A DNA stretch of 64,000 nt, taken from positions 8,556,001 to 8,620,000 of the forward strand of contig OZ024741.1 of NCBI GenBank assembly GCA_964016885.1, in the 5' to 3' direction. The translations under genes were made by a program, and so were the position numbers. This DNA comes from Eledone cirrhosa. Lineage: Eukaryota. The notes beneath the pieces were generated by a model. The model ran no database searches, was not told where the DNA came from, and saw only the letters and a program-made list of their open reading frames with translations. How positions within the stretch are numbered: the first letter of the stretch is position 1; each line of letters starts with the position of its first letter. Shown here piece by piece: positions 11,861-26,800 of this stretch.

Positions 11861-14800
11861 ACAACATAGTGGAGGTTTTAGTCACCTCCATGTACAACAT
11901 AGTCGAGCTTTTAGTCACCTCCATGTACAACATAGTCGAGGTTTTAGTCACCTCCATGTACAACATAGTCGAGGTTTTAGTCACATCCATGTACAACATA
12001 GTCGAGGTTTTAGTCACCTCTATGTACAACATAGTCGAGGTTTTAGTCACCTCTATGTCCAACGTAGTCGAGGTTTTAGTCACTTCCATGTACAACATAG
12101 TCGAGGTTTTAGTCACCTCTATGTACAACATAGTCGAGATTTCAGTCACCTCCGTATACAACAGAGTTGAGGGTTTAGTCACCTCCGTGTACACCATAGT
12201 GGAGCTTTTAGTCACCTCCATGTACAACATATTGGAGGTTTTAGTCACCTCCATGTACAACATAGTCGAGCTTTTAGTCACCTCCATGTACAACATAGTG
12301 GAGGTTTTAGTCACCTCCATGTACACCTTAGTGGAGGTTTCAGTCACCTCCGTGTACACCATAGTCGAGGTTTTAGTCACCACCATGTACAACATAGTCG
12401 AGGTTTTAGTCACGTCCATGTACAACATAATCAAGGTTTTAGTCACCTCCATGTACACCATAGTCGAGGTTTTAGTCACCTCCATGTACAACATAGTCGA
12501 GGTTTTAGTCACCTCCATGTACAAAATAGTGCAGGTTTTAGTCAGCTCCATGTACAACATAGTCGATGTTTTAGTCACCTCCATGTACACCATAGTGGAG
12601 GTTTTATTCACCTCCATGTACAATATAGTCGAGGTTTTAGTCACCTCCATGTACAACATAGTCGAGGTTTTAGTCACCTCCATGTACAACATAGTCGAGA
12701 TTTTAGTCACCTCCATGTACAACATAATCGAGGTTTTAGTCACCTACATGTACAACATAGTGGAGGTTTTAGTCCCCTCCATGTACACCATAGTTTGAGG
12801 TTTTAGTCACCTCCATGTACAACATAGTCGAAGTTTTAGTCACCTCCATGTACAACATAGTCGAGGTTTTAGTCACCTCCATGTACAACATAGTCGCGGT
12901 TTTAGTCACCTCCATGTACACCATAGTGGAGGTTTTAGTCACCTCCATGTACAACATAGTGGAGGTTTTAGTCACCTCCATGTACAACATAGTCGAGGTT
13001 TTAATCACCTCCATGTACAACATAGTCGAGGTTTTAGTCACCTACATGTACAACATAGTCGAGCTTCTAATCACTTCCATGTACAACATAATCGAGGTTT
13101 TAGTCACCTCTATGTACAACGTAGTCGAGGTTTTAGTGACATCTATGTACACATTTCAAGGTTTTAATCACCTCCATGTACACCATATTGGAGGTTTTAG
13201 TCACCTCCATGTACAACATAGTGGATGTTTTAGTCACCTCCATGTAGACCATAGTGGAGGTTTCAGTCACCTCCATGTACACCATAGTCGAGGTTTTAGT
13301 CACCTCCATGTACAATATAGTCGAGGTTTTAGTCACCTCCATGTACAACGTAGTGGAGGTTTTAGTCACCTCCATGTACACGATAGTCGAGGTTTGAGTC
13401 ACCTCCATGTACAACATAGTCGAGGTTTTAGTCACCTCTATGTACAACATAGTCGACGTTTTCGTCACCTCCATGTACAACGTAGTCGAGGTTTTAGTCA
13501 CCTCCATGTACAACATAGTCGAGGTTTTAATCACCTCCTTGTACAACATAGTGGAGGTTTTAGTCACCTCCATGTACAACATAGTCGAGGTTTTACTCAC
13601 TTCCATGTACAACATAATCGAGATTTTAGTTACCTCCATGTACACCATAGTGGCGGTTTTAGTGACCTCCATGTACAACATAGTCGAGGTTTTAGTCACC
13701 TCCATCTACAACATAGTCGAGGTTTTAGTCACCTACATGTACAACATAATCAAGGTTTTAGTCACCTCCATGTACACCATAGTCGAGGTTTTAGTCACCT
13801 CCGTATACAACATAGTTGAGGCTTTAGTCACCTCCGTGTACACCATAGTGGAGCTTTTAGTCACCTCCATGTACAACATAGTGCAGGTTTTAGTCAGCTC
13901 CATGTACAACATAGTCGATGTTTTAGTCACCTCCATGTACACCATAGTGGAGGTTTTATTCACCTCCATGTACAATATAGTCGAGGTTTTAGTCACCTCC
14001 ATGTACACCATAGTGGAGGTTTTAGTCGCCTCCATGTACAAGATAGTCGAGGTTTTATTCAGCTCCATGTACAACACAGTGCAGGTTTGAGTCAGATCCA
14101 TGTTCAACATAGTCGAGGTTTTAGTCACCTCCATGTACACCATAGTGGATATTTTAGTCACCTCCATGTACAACATAATCGAGGTTTTAGTCACCCACAT
14201 GTACAACATAGTGGAGGTTTTAGTCACCTCCATGTACACCATAGTTTGAGGTTTTAGTCACCTCCATGTACAACATAGTCGAAGTTTTAGTCACCTCCAT
14301 GTACAACATAGTCGAGGTTTTAGTCACCTCCATGTACAACATAGTCGCGGTTTTAGTCACCTCCATGTACACCATAGTGGAGGTATTAGTCACCTCCATG
14401 TACAACATAGTGGAGGTTTTAGTCACCTCCATGTACAACATAGTCGAGCTTTTAGTCACCTCCATGTACAACATAGTCGAGGTTTTAGTCACCCCCATGT
14501 ACAACATAGTCGAGGTTTTAGTCACATCCATGTACAACATAGTCGAGGTTTTAGTCACCTCTATGTACAACATAGTCGAGCTTTTAGTCACCTCTATGTC
14601 CAACGTAGTCGAGGTTTTAGTCACCTCCATGTACAACATAGTCGAGGTTTTAGTCACCTCTATGTACAACATAGTCGAGATTTCAGTCACCTCCGTATAC
14701 AACATAGTTGAGGGTTTAGTCACCTCCGTGTACACCATAGTGGAGCTTTTAGTCACCTCCATGTACAACATAGTGGAGGTTTTAGTCACCTCCAAGTACA

Positions 14801-17800
14801 ACATAGTCGAGATTTTAGTCACCTCCATGTACAACATAGTGGAGGTTTTAGTCACCTCCATGTACACCATAGTGGAGGTTTCAGTCAGCTCCATGTACAC
14901 CATAGTCGAGGTTTTAGTCACCTCCATGTACAACATATTCGAGGTTTTAGTCACCTCCATGTACAATATAGTCGAGGTTTTAGTCACCTCCATGTACAAC
15001 ATAGTCGAGGTTTTAGTCACCTCCATGTGCAACATAGTCGAGATTTTAGTCACCTCCATGTACAACATAATCGAGGTTTTAGTCACCTACATGTACAACA
15101 TAGTGGAGGTTTTAGTCCCCTCCATGTACACCATAGTTTGAGGTTTTAGTCACCTCCATGTACAACATAGTCGAAGTTTTAGTCACCTCCATGTACAACA
15201 TAGTCGAGGTTTTAGTCACCTCCGTATACAACATAGTTGAGGCTTTAGTCACCTCCGTGTACACCATAGTGGAGCTTTTAGTCACCTCCATGTACAACAT
15301 AGTGCAGGTTTTAGTCAGCTCCATGTACAACATAGTCGATGTTTTAGTCACCTCCATGTACACCATAGTGGAGGTTTTATTCACCTCCATGTACAATATA
15401 GTCGAGGTTTTAGTCACCTCCATGTACACCATAGTGGAGGTTTTAGTAGCCTCCATGTACAAGATAGTCGAGGTTTTATTCACCTCCATGTACAACATAG
15501 TGCAGGTTTGAGTCAGATCCATGTTCAACATAGTCGAGGTTTTAGTCACCTCCATGTACACCATAGTGGATATTTTAGTCACCTCCATTTACAACATAAT
15601 CGAGGTTTTAGTCACCTACATGTACACCATATTGGAGGTTTTAGTCACCTCCATGTACACCATAGTTTGAGGTTTTAGTCACCTCCATGTACAACATAGT
15701 CGAAGTTTTAGTCACCTCCATGTACAACATAGTCGAGGTTTTAGTCACCTCCATGTACAACATAGTCGCGGTTTTAGTCAGCTCCATGTACACCATAGTG
15801 GAGGTATTAGTCACCTCCATGTACAACATAGTGGAGGTTTTAGTCACCTCCATGTACAACATAGCCGAGCTTTTAGTCACCTCCATGTACAACATAGTCG
15901 AGGTTTTAGTCACCTCCATGTACAACATAGTCGCGGTTTTAGTCACCTCCATGTACAACATAGTGGAGGTATTAGTCACCTCCATGTACAACATAGTGGA
16001 GGTTTTAGTCACCTCCATGTAAAACATAGCCGAGCTTTTAGTCACCTCCATGTACAACATAGTCGAGGTTTTAGTCACCACCATGTACAACATAGTCGAG
16101 GTTTTAGTCACCTCTATGTACAACATAGTCGAGGTTTTAGTCACCTCTATGTCCAACGTAGTCGAGGTTTTAGTCACCTCCATGTACAACATAGTCGAGG
16201 TTTTAGTCACCTCTATGTACAACATAGTCGAGATTTCAGTCACCTCCGTATACAACATAGTTGAGGATTTAGTCACCTCCGTGTACACCATAGTGGAGCT
16301 TTTAGACACCTCCATGTACAACATAGTGGAGGTTTTAGTCACCTCCATGTACAACATAGTCGAGCTTTTAGTCACCTCCATGTACAACATAGTGGAGGTT
16401 TTAGTCACCTCCATGTACACCATAGTGGAGGTTTCAGTCACCTCCGTGTACACCATAGTCGAGGTTTTAGTCACCACCATGTACAACATAGTCGAGGTTT
16501 TAGTCACGTCCATGTACAACATAATCAAGGTTTTAGTCACCTCCATGTACACCATAGTCGAGATTTTAGTCACCTCCATGTACAACATAGTCGAGGTTTT
16601 AGTCACCTCCATGTACAAAATAGTGCAGGTTTTAGTCAGCTCCATGTACAACATAGTCGATGTTTTAGTCACCTCCATGTACACCATAGTGGAGGTTTTA
16701 TTCACCTCCATGTACAATATAGTCGAGGTTTTAGTCACCTCCATGTACAACATAGTCGAGGTTTTAGTAGCCTCCATGTACAAGATAGTCGAGGTTTTAT
16801 TCACCTCCATGTACAACATAGTGCAGGTTTGAGTCAGATCCATGTTCAACATAGTCGAGGTTTTAGTCACCTCCATGTACACCATAGTGGATATTTTAGT
16901 CACCTCCATGTACAACATAATCGAGGTTTTAGTCCCCTACATGTACAACATAGTGGAGGTTTTAGTCACCTCCATGTACACCATAGTTTGAGGTTTTAGT
17001 CACCTCCATGTACAACATAGTCGAAGTTTTAGTCACCTCCATGTACAACATAGTCGAGGTTTTAGTCACCTCCATGTACAACATAGTCGCGGTTTTAGTC
17101 ACCTCCATGTACACGATAGTGGAGGTATTAGTCACCTCCATGTACAACATAGTGGAGGTTTTAGTCACCTCCATGTACAACATAGCCGAGCTTTTAGTCA
17201 CCTCCATGTACAACATAGTCGAGGTTTTAGTCACCTCCATGTACAACATAGTCGAGGTTTTAGTCACATCCATGTACAACATAGTCGAGGTTTTAGTCAC
17301 CTCTATGTACAACATAGTCGAGGTTTTAGTCACCTCTATGTCCAACGTAGTCGAGGTTTTAGTCACCTCCATGTACAACATAGTCGAGGTTTTAGTCACC
17401 TCTATGTACAACATAGTCGAGATTTCAGTCACCTCCGTATACAACATAGTTGAGTGTTTAGTCACCTCCGTGTACACCATAGTGGAGCTTTTAGTCACCT
17501 CCATGTACAACATAGTGGAGGTTTTAGTCACCTCCATGTACAACATAGTGGAGGTTTTAGTCACCTCCATGTACACCATAGTGGAGGTTTCAGTCACCTC
17601 CGTGTACACCATAGTCGAGGTTTTAGTCACCACCATGTACAACATAGTCGAGGTTTTAGTCACGTCCATGTACAACATAATCAAGGTTTTAGTCACCTCC
17701 ATGTACACCATAGTCGAGGTTTTAGTCACCTCCATGTACAACATAGTCGAGGTTTTAGTCACCTCCATGTACAACATAGTCGAGGTTTTAGTCACCTCCA

Positions 17801-20800
17801 TGTACAACATAGTCGAGATTTTAGTCACCTCCATGTACAACATAATCGTGGTTTTAGTCACCTACATGTACAACATAGTGGAGGTTTTAGTCCCCTCCAT
17901 GTACACCATAGTTTGAGGTTTTAGTCACCTCCATGTACAACATAGTCGAAGTTTTAGTCACCTCCATGTACAACATAGTCGAGGTTTTAGTCACCTCCAT
18001 GTACAACATAGTCGCGGTTTTAGTAACCTCCATGTACACCATAGTGGAGGTTTTAGTCACCTCCATGTACAACATAGTGGAGGATTTAGTCACCTCCATG
18101 TACAACATAGTCGAGGTTTTAGTCACCTCCATGTACAACATAGTCGAGGTTTTAGTCACCTCCATGTACAACATAGTCGAGGTTTTAGTCACATCCATGT
18201 ACAACATAGTCGTGGTTTTAGTCACCTCCATGTACAACATAGTCGAGGTTTTAGTCACCTCTACGTCCAACGTAGTCGAGGTTTTAGTCACCTCCATGTA
18301 CAACATAGTCGAGGTTTTAGTCACCTCTATGTACAACATAGTCGAGATTTCAGTCACCTCTGTGTACAACATAGTTGAGGGTTTAGTCACCTCCGTGTAC
18401 ACCATAGTGGAGCTTTTAGTCACCTCCATATACAACATAGTCGAGGTTTTAGTCACCTCCATGTACACCATAGTTTGAGGTTTTAGTCACCTCCATGTAC
18501 AAGAGAGTCGAGGTTTTAATCACCTCCATGTACAACATAGTCGCGGTTTTAGTCACCTCCATGTACACCATAGTGGAGGTTTTAGTCACCTCCATGTACA
18601 ACATAGTCGAGGTTTTAGTCACCTCCATGTACAACAGAGTGGAGGTTTTAGTCACCTACATGTACACCATAGTCGAGGTGTTAGTCACCTCCATGTACAA
18701 CATAGTCGAGGTTTGAGTCACCTCCATGTACAACATAGTGGAGGTTTTAGTCACCTCCATGTACACCATAGTCGAGGTTTTAGTCACCTCCATGTACAAC
18801 ATAGTCGAGGTTTTAGTCACCTCCATGTACAACATAGTCGAGGTTTTAATCACCTCCATGTACAACATAATCGAGGTTTTAGTCACCTCTATGTACAACG
18901 TAGTCGAGGTTTTAGTGACCTCTATGTACAACATTTCAAGGTTTTAATCACCTCCATGTACACTATGTGGAGGTTTTAGTCACCTCCATGTACAACATAG
19001 TGGAGGTTTTAGTCACCTCCATGTACACCATAGTCGAGGTTTTATTCACCTCCATGTACAACATAGTGCAGGTTTTAGTCAGCTCCATGTACAACATAGT
19101 GGAGGTTTTAGTCACATCCATGTACACCATAGTGGAGGTTTTAGTCACCTCCATGTACAACATAATCGAGGTTTTAGTCACCTACATGTACAACATAGTC
19201 GAATGTTTTATTCACCTTCATGTACAACATAGTCGAGCTTTTAGTCACCTCCATATACACCATATTGGAGGTTTTAGTCACCTCCATGAACAACATAGTC
19301 GATGTTTTAGTCACATCCATGTACAATATAGTCGAGGTTTTAGTCACCACCATGTACACCATAGTGGAGGTTTAGTCACCTCCATGTACAACATAGTCGA
19401 GGTTCTAGTCACCTCCATGTACAACATAGTCGAGGTTTTAGTCACCTCCATGTACAACATAGTCGAGGTATTAGTCACCTCCATGTACAACATAGTCGAG
19501 GTTTTAATCAACTCCATGTACAACATAGTCGAGGTTTTAGTCACCTCTATGTACAACATAGTCGACGTTTTCGTCACCTCCATGTACAACGTAGTCGAGG
19601 TTTTAGTCACCTCCATGTACAACATAGTCGAGGTTTTAGTCACCTCCATGTACAACATAGTCGAGGTTTTAATCACCTCCATGTACAACATAATCGAGGT
19701 TTTAGTCACCTCTATGTACAACGTAGTCGAGGTTTTAGTGACCTCTATGTACAACATTTCAAGGTTTTAATCACCTCCATGTACACCATAATGGAGGTTT
19801 TAGTCACCTCCATGTACAACATAGTGGAGGTTTTAGTCACCTCCATGTACACCATAGTGGAGGTTTCAGTCACCTCCATGTACACAATGGTTGAGGTTTT
19901 AGTCACCTCCATGTACAGCATAGTCGAGGTTTTAGTCACCTCCATGTACAACATAGTCGAGGTTTTAGTCACCTCCATGTACAACATAGTGCAGGTTTTA
20001 GTCAGCTCCATGTACAACATAGTCGATGTTTTACTCACCTCCATGTACACCATAGTGGAGGTTTTATTCACCTCCATGTACAATATAGTCGAGATTTTAG
20101 TCACCTCCATGTACACCATAGTGGAGGTTTTAGTCTCCTACATGTACAACATAGTGCAGGTTTTAGTCAGATCCATGTTCAACATAGTCGCGGTTTTAGT
20201 CACCTCCATGTACACCATAGTGGAGATTTTAGTCACCTCCATGTACAACATAATCGAGGTTTTAGTCACCTACATGTACAACATAGTGGAGGTTTTAGTC
20301 ACCTCCATGTACACCATAGTTTGAGGTTTTAGTCACCTCCATGTACAACATAGTCGAAGTTTTAGTCACCTCCATGTACAACATAGTCGAGGTTTTAGTT
20401 ACCTCCATGTACAACATAGTCGCGGTTTTAGTCACCTCCATGTACACCATAGTGGAGGTTTTAGTCACCTCCATGTACAACATAGTGGAGGTTTTAGTCA
20501 CCTCCATGTACAACATAGTCGAGCTTTTAGTCACCTCCATATACAACATAGTCGAGGTTTTAGTCACCTCCATGTACAACATAGTCGAGGTTTTAGTCAC
20601 ATCCATGTACAATATAGTCGAGGTTTTAGTCACCTCAATGTACAACATAGTCGAGGTTTTAGTCACCTCTATATCCAACGTAGTCGAGGTTTTAGTCACC
20701 TCCATGTACAACATAGTCGAGGTTTTAGTCACCTCCATGTACAACATAGTTGAGGGTTTAGTCACCTCCGTGCACACCATAGTGGAGCTTTTAGTCACCT

Positions 20801-23800
20801 CCATGTACAACATAATCGAGGTTTTAGTCACCTCCATATACAACATAGTCGAGGTTTTAGTCACCTCCATGTACAGCATAGTTTGAGATTTTAGTCACCT
20901 CCATGTACAACGTAGTCGAGGTTTTAGTCACATCCATGTACAACATAGTCGAGGTTTTAGTGACCTCTATGTACAACATAATCGAGGTTTTAGTCATATC
21001 CATGTACACCATAGTCGAGGTTTTAGTCACCTCCATGTACAACATAGTCGATGTTTTAGTAACCTCCATCTACAACATAGTCGAGGTTTTAATCACCTCC
21101 ATGTACAACATAGTCGACGTTTTAGTCACCTCCATGTACAACATAGTCGAGGTTTTAATCATTTCCATGTACAACATAGTCGAGGTTTTAGTCACCTCCA
21201 TGTACACCATAGTGGAGGTTTTAGTCACCTCCATGTACAACATAGTCGAGGTTTTAATCACCTCCATGTACAACATAGTCGAGGTTTTAGTCACCTCCAT
21301 GTACACCATAGTGGAGGTTTTAGTCACCTCCATGTACAACATAGTCGAGGTTTTAGTCACCTCCACGTACAACAGAGTGGAGGTTTTAGTCACCTCCATG
21401 TACACCATAGTCGAGGTTTTAGTCACCTCCATGTACAACATAGTCGAGGTTTTAGTCACCTCCATGTATAACATAGTGGAAGTTTTAGTCACCTCCATGT
21501 ACAACATAGTCGAGGTTTTAATCACCTCCATGTACAACATAGTCGAGGTTTTTGTCACCTACATGTACAACATAGTCGAGCTTCTAATCACTTCCATGTA
21601 CAACATAATCGAGGTTTTAGTCACCTCTATGTACAACGTAGTCGAGGTTTTAGTGACCTCTATGTACAACATTTCAAGGTTTTAATCACCTCCATGTACA
21701 CCATATTGGAGGTTTTAGTCACCTCCATGTACACCATATTGGAGGTTTTAGTCACCTCCATGTACACCATATTGGAGGTTTTAGTCACCTCCATGTACAC
21801 CATAGTGGAGGTTTTAGTCACCTCCATGTACAGCATAGTCGAGGTTTTAGTCACCTCCATGTACACCATAGTGGAGGTTTCAGTCACCTCCATGTACACG
21901 ATAGTCGAGGTTTGAGTCACCTCCATGTACAACATAGTCGAGGTTTTAGTCACCTCTATGTACAACATAGTCGACGTTTTCGTCACCTCCATGTACAACG
22001 TAGTCGAGGTTTTAGTCACCTCCATGTACAACATAGTCGAGGTTTTAATCACCTCCATGTACAACATAGTGGAGGTTTTAGTCACCTCCATGTACACCAT
22101 AGGCGAGGTTTTAGTCACCTCCATGTACACCATACTCGAGGTTTTAGTCACCTCCGTATACAACATAGTTGAGTGTTTAGTCACCTCCGTGTACACCATA
22201 GTGGAGCTTTTAGTCACCTCCATGTACAACATAGTGCAGGTTTTAGTCAGCTCCATGTACAACATAGTGGAGGTTTTAGTCACCTCCATGTACAACATAG
22301 TCGATGTTTTAGTCACCTCCATGTACACCATAGTGGAGGTTTTATTCACCTCCATGTACAATATAGTCGAGGTTTTAGTCACCTCCATGTACACCATAGT
22401 GGAGGTTTAAGTCGCCTCCATGTACAAGATAGTCGAGGTTTTATTCACCTCCATGTACAACATAGTGCAGGTTTGAGTCAGATCCATGTTCAACATAGTC
22501 GAGGTTTGAGTCACCTCCATGTACAACATAATCGAGGTTTTAGTCACCTACATGTACAACATAGTGGAGGTTTTAGTCACCTCCATGTACACCATAGTTT
22601 GAGGTTTTAGTCACCTCCATGTACAATATAGTCGAAGTTTTAGTCACCTCCATGTACAACATAGTCGAGGTTTTAGTCACCTCCATGTACAACATAGTCG
22701 CGGTTTTAGTCACCTCCATGTACACCATAGTGGAGGTATTAGTCACCTCCATGTACAACATAGTGGAGGTTTTAGTCACCTCCATGTACAACATAGTCGA
22801 GCTTTTAGTCACCTCCATGTACAACATAGTCGAGGTTTTAGTCACCTCCATGTACAACATAGTCGAGGTTTTAGTCACATCCATGTACAACATAGTCGAG
22901 GTTTTAGTCACCTCTATGTACAACATAGTCGAGGTTTTAGTCACCTCTATGTCCAACGTAGTCGAGGTTTTAGTCACTTCCATGTACAACATAGTCGAGG
23001 TTTTAGTCACCTCTATGTACAACATAGTCGAGATTTCAGTCACCTCCGTATACAACAGAGTTGAGGGTTTAGTCACCTCCGTGTACACCATAGTGGAGCT
23101 TTTAGTCACCTCCATGTACAACATATTGGAGGTTTTAGTCACCTCCATGTACAACATAGTCGAGCTTTTAGTCACCTCCATGTACAACATAGTGGAGGTT
23201 TTAGTCACCTCCATGTACACCTTAGTGGAGGTTTCAGTCACCTCCGTGTACACCATAGTCGAGGTTTTAGTCACCACCATGTACAACATAGTCGAGGTTT
23301 TAGTCACGTCCATGTACAACATAATCAAGGTTTTAGTCACCTCCATGTACACCATAGTCGAGGTTTTAGTCACCTCCATGTACAACATAGTCGAGGTTTT
23401 AGTCACCTCCATGTACAAAATAGTGCAGGTTTTAGTCAGCTCCATGTACAACATAGTCGATGTTTTAGTCACCTCCATGTACACCATAGTGGAGGTTTTA
23501 TTCACCTCCATGTACAATATAGTCGAGGTTTTAGTCACCTCCATGTACAACATAGTCGAGGTTTTAGTCACCTCCATGTACAACATAGTCTTGATTTTAG
23601 TCACCTCCATGTACAACATAATCGAGGTTTTAGTCACCTACATGTACAACATAGTGGAGGTTTTAGTCCCCTCCATGTACACCATAGTTTGAGGTTTTAG
23701 TCACCTCCATGTACAACATAGTCGAAGTTTTAGTCACCTCCATGTACAACATAGTCGAGGTTTTAGTCACCTCCATGTACAACATAGTCGCGGTTTTAGT

Positions 23801-26800
23801 CACCTCCATGTACACCATAGTGGAGGTTTTAGTCACCTCCATGTACAACATAGTGGAGGTTTTAGTCACCTCCATGTACAACATAGTCGAGGTTTTAATC
23901 ACCTCCATGTACAACATAGTCGAGGTTTTAGTCACCTACATGTACAACATAGTCGAGCTTCTAATCACTTCCATGTACAACATAATCGAGGTTTTAGTCA
24001 CCTCTATGTACAACGTAGTCGAGGTTTTAGTGACATCTATGTACACATTTCAAGGTTTTAATCACCTCCATGTACACCATATTGGAGGTTTTAGTCACCT
24101 CCATGTACAACATAGTGGATGTTTTAGTCACCTCCATGTAGACCATAGTGGAGGTTTCAGTCACCTCCATGTACACCATAGTCGAGGTTTTAGTCACCTC
24201 CATGTACAATATAGTCGAGGTTTTAGTCACCTCCATGTACAACGTAGTGGAGGTTTTAGTCACCTCCATGTACACGATAGTCGAGGTTTGAGTCACCTCC
24301 ATGTACAACATAGTCGAGGTTTTAGTCACCTCTATGTACAACATAGTCGACGTTTTCGTCACCTCCATGTACAACGTAGTCGAGGTTTTAGTCACCTCCA
24401 TGTACAACATAGTCGAGGTTTTAATCACCTCCTTGTACAACATAGTGGAGGTTTTAGTCACCTCCATGTACAACATAGTCGAGGTTTTACTCACTTCCAT
24501 GTACAACATAATCGAGATTTTAGTTACCTCCATGTACACCATAGTGGCGGTTTTAGTGACCTCCATGTACAACATAGTCGAGGTTTTAGTCACCTCCATG
24601 TACAACATAGTCGAGGTTTTAGTCACCTACATGTACAACATAATCAAGGTTTTAGTCACCTCCATGTACACCATAGTCGAGGTTTTAGTCACCTCCGTAT
24701 ACAACATAGTTGAGGCTTTAGTCACCTCCGTGTACACCATAGTGGAGCTTTTAGTCACCTCCATGTACAACATAGTGCAGGTTTTAGTCAGCTCCATGTA
24801 CAACATAGTCGATGTTTTAGTCACCTCCATGTACACCATAGTGGAGGTTTTATTCACCTCCATGTACAATATAATCGAGGTTTTAGTCACCTCCATGTAC
24901 ACCATAGTGGAGGTTTTAGTCGCCTCCATGTACAAGATAGTCGAGGTTTTATTCAGCTCCATGTACAACACAGTGCAGGTTTGAGTCAGATCCATGTTCA
25001 ACATAGTCGAGGTTTTAGTCACCTCCATGTACACCATAGTGGATATTTTAGTCACCTCCATGTACAACATAATCGAGGTTTTAGTCACCCACATGTACAA
25101 CATAGTGGAGGTTTTAGTCACCTCCATGTACACCATAGTTTGAGGTTTTAGTCACCTCCATGTACAACATAGTCGAAGTTTTAGTCACCTCCATGTACAA
25201 CATAGTCGAGGTTTTAGTCACCTCCATGTACAACATAGTCGCGGTTTTAGTCACCTCCATGTACACCATAGTGGAGGTATTAGTCACCTCCATGTACAAC
25301 ATAGTGGAGGTTTTAGTCACCTCCATGTACAACATAGTCGAGCTTTTAGTCACCTCCATGTACAACATAGTCGAGGTTTTAGTCACCCCCATGTACAACA
25401 TAGTCGAGGTTTTAGTCACATCCATGTACAACATAGTCGAGGTTTTAGTCACCTCTATGTACAACATAGTCGAGCTTTTAGTCACCTCTATGTCCAACGT
25501 AGTCGAGGTTTTAGTCACCTCCATGTACAACATAGTCGAGGTTTTAGTCACCTCTATGTACAACATAGTCGAGATTTCAGTCACCTCCGTATACAACATA
25601 GTTGAGGGTTTAGTCACCTCCGTGTACACCATAGTGGAGCTTTTAGTCACCTCCATGTACAACATAGTGGAGGTTTTAGTCACCTCCAAGTACAACATAG
25701 TCGAGCTTTTAGTCACCTCCATGTACAACATAGTGGAGGTTTTAGTCACCTCCATGTACACCATAGTGGAGGTTTCAGTCAGCTCCATGTACACCATAGT
25801 CGAGGTTTTAGTCACCTCCATGTACAACATATTCGAGGTTTTAGTCACCTCCATGTACAATATAGTCGAGGTTTTAGTCACCTCCATGTACAACATAGTC
25901 GAGGTTTTAGTCACCTCCATGTGCAACATAGTCGAGATTTTAGTCACCTCCATGTACAACATAATCGAGGTTTTAGTCACCTACATGTACAACATAGTGG
26001 AGGTTTTAGTCCCCTCCATGTACACCATAGTTTGAGGTTTTAGTCACCTCCATGTACAACATAGTCGAAGTTTTAGTCACCTCCATGTACAACATAGTCG
26101 AGGTTTTAGTCACCTCCGTATACAACATAGTTGAGGCTTTAGTCACCTCCGTGTACACCATAGTGGAGCTTTTAGTCACCTCCATGTACAACATAGTGCA
26201 GGTTTTAGTCAGCTCCATGTACAACATAGTCGATGTTTTAGTCACCTCCATGTACACCATAGTGGAGGTTTTATTCACCTCCATGTACAATATAGTCGAG
26301 GTTTTAGTCACCTCCATGTACACCATAGTGGAGGTTTTAGTAGCCTCCATGTACAAGATAGTCGAGGTTTTATTCACCTCCATGTACAACATAGTGCAGG
26401 TTTGAGTCAGATCCATGTTCAACATAGTCGAGGTTTTAGTCACCTCCATGTACACCATAGTGGATATTTTAGTCACCTCCATTTACAACATAATCGAGGT
26501 TTTAGTCACCTACATGTACACCATATTGGAGGTTTTAGTCACCTCCATGTACACCATAGTTTGAGGTTTTAGTCACCTCCATGTACAACATAGTCGAAGT
26601 TTTAGTCACCTCCATGTACAACATAGTCGAGGTTTTAGTCACCTCCATGTACAACATAGTCGCGGTTTTAGTCACCTCCATGTACACCATAGTGGAGGTA
26701 TTAGTCACCTCCATGTACAACATAGTGGAGGTTTTAGTCACCTCCATGTACAACATAGCCGAGCTTTTAGTCACCTCCATGTACAACATAGTCGAGGTTT

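Noticed and set aside
13525-13545. 16S rRNA 3'-end fragment
   Set aside because: Only an 11-nt match, produced by point variants of the monomer, with no flanking rRNA sequence.
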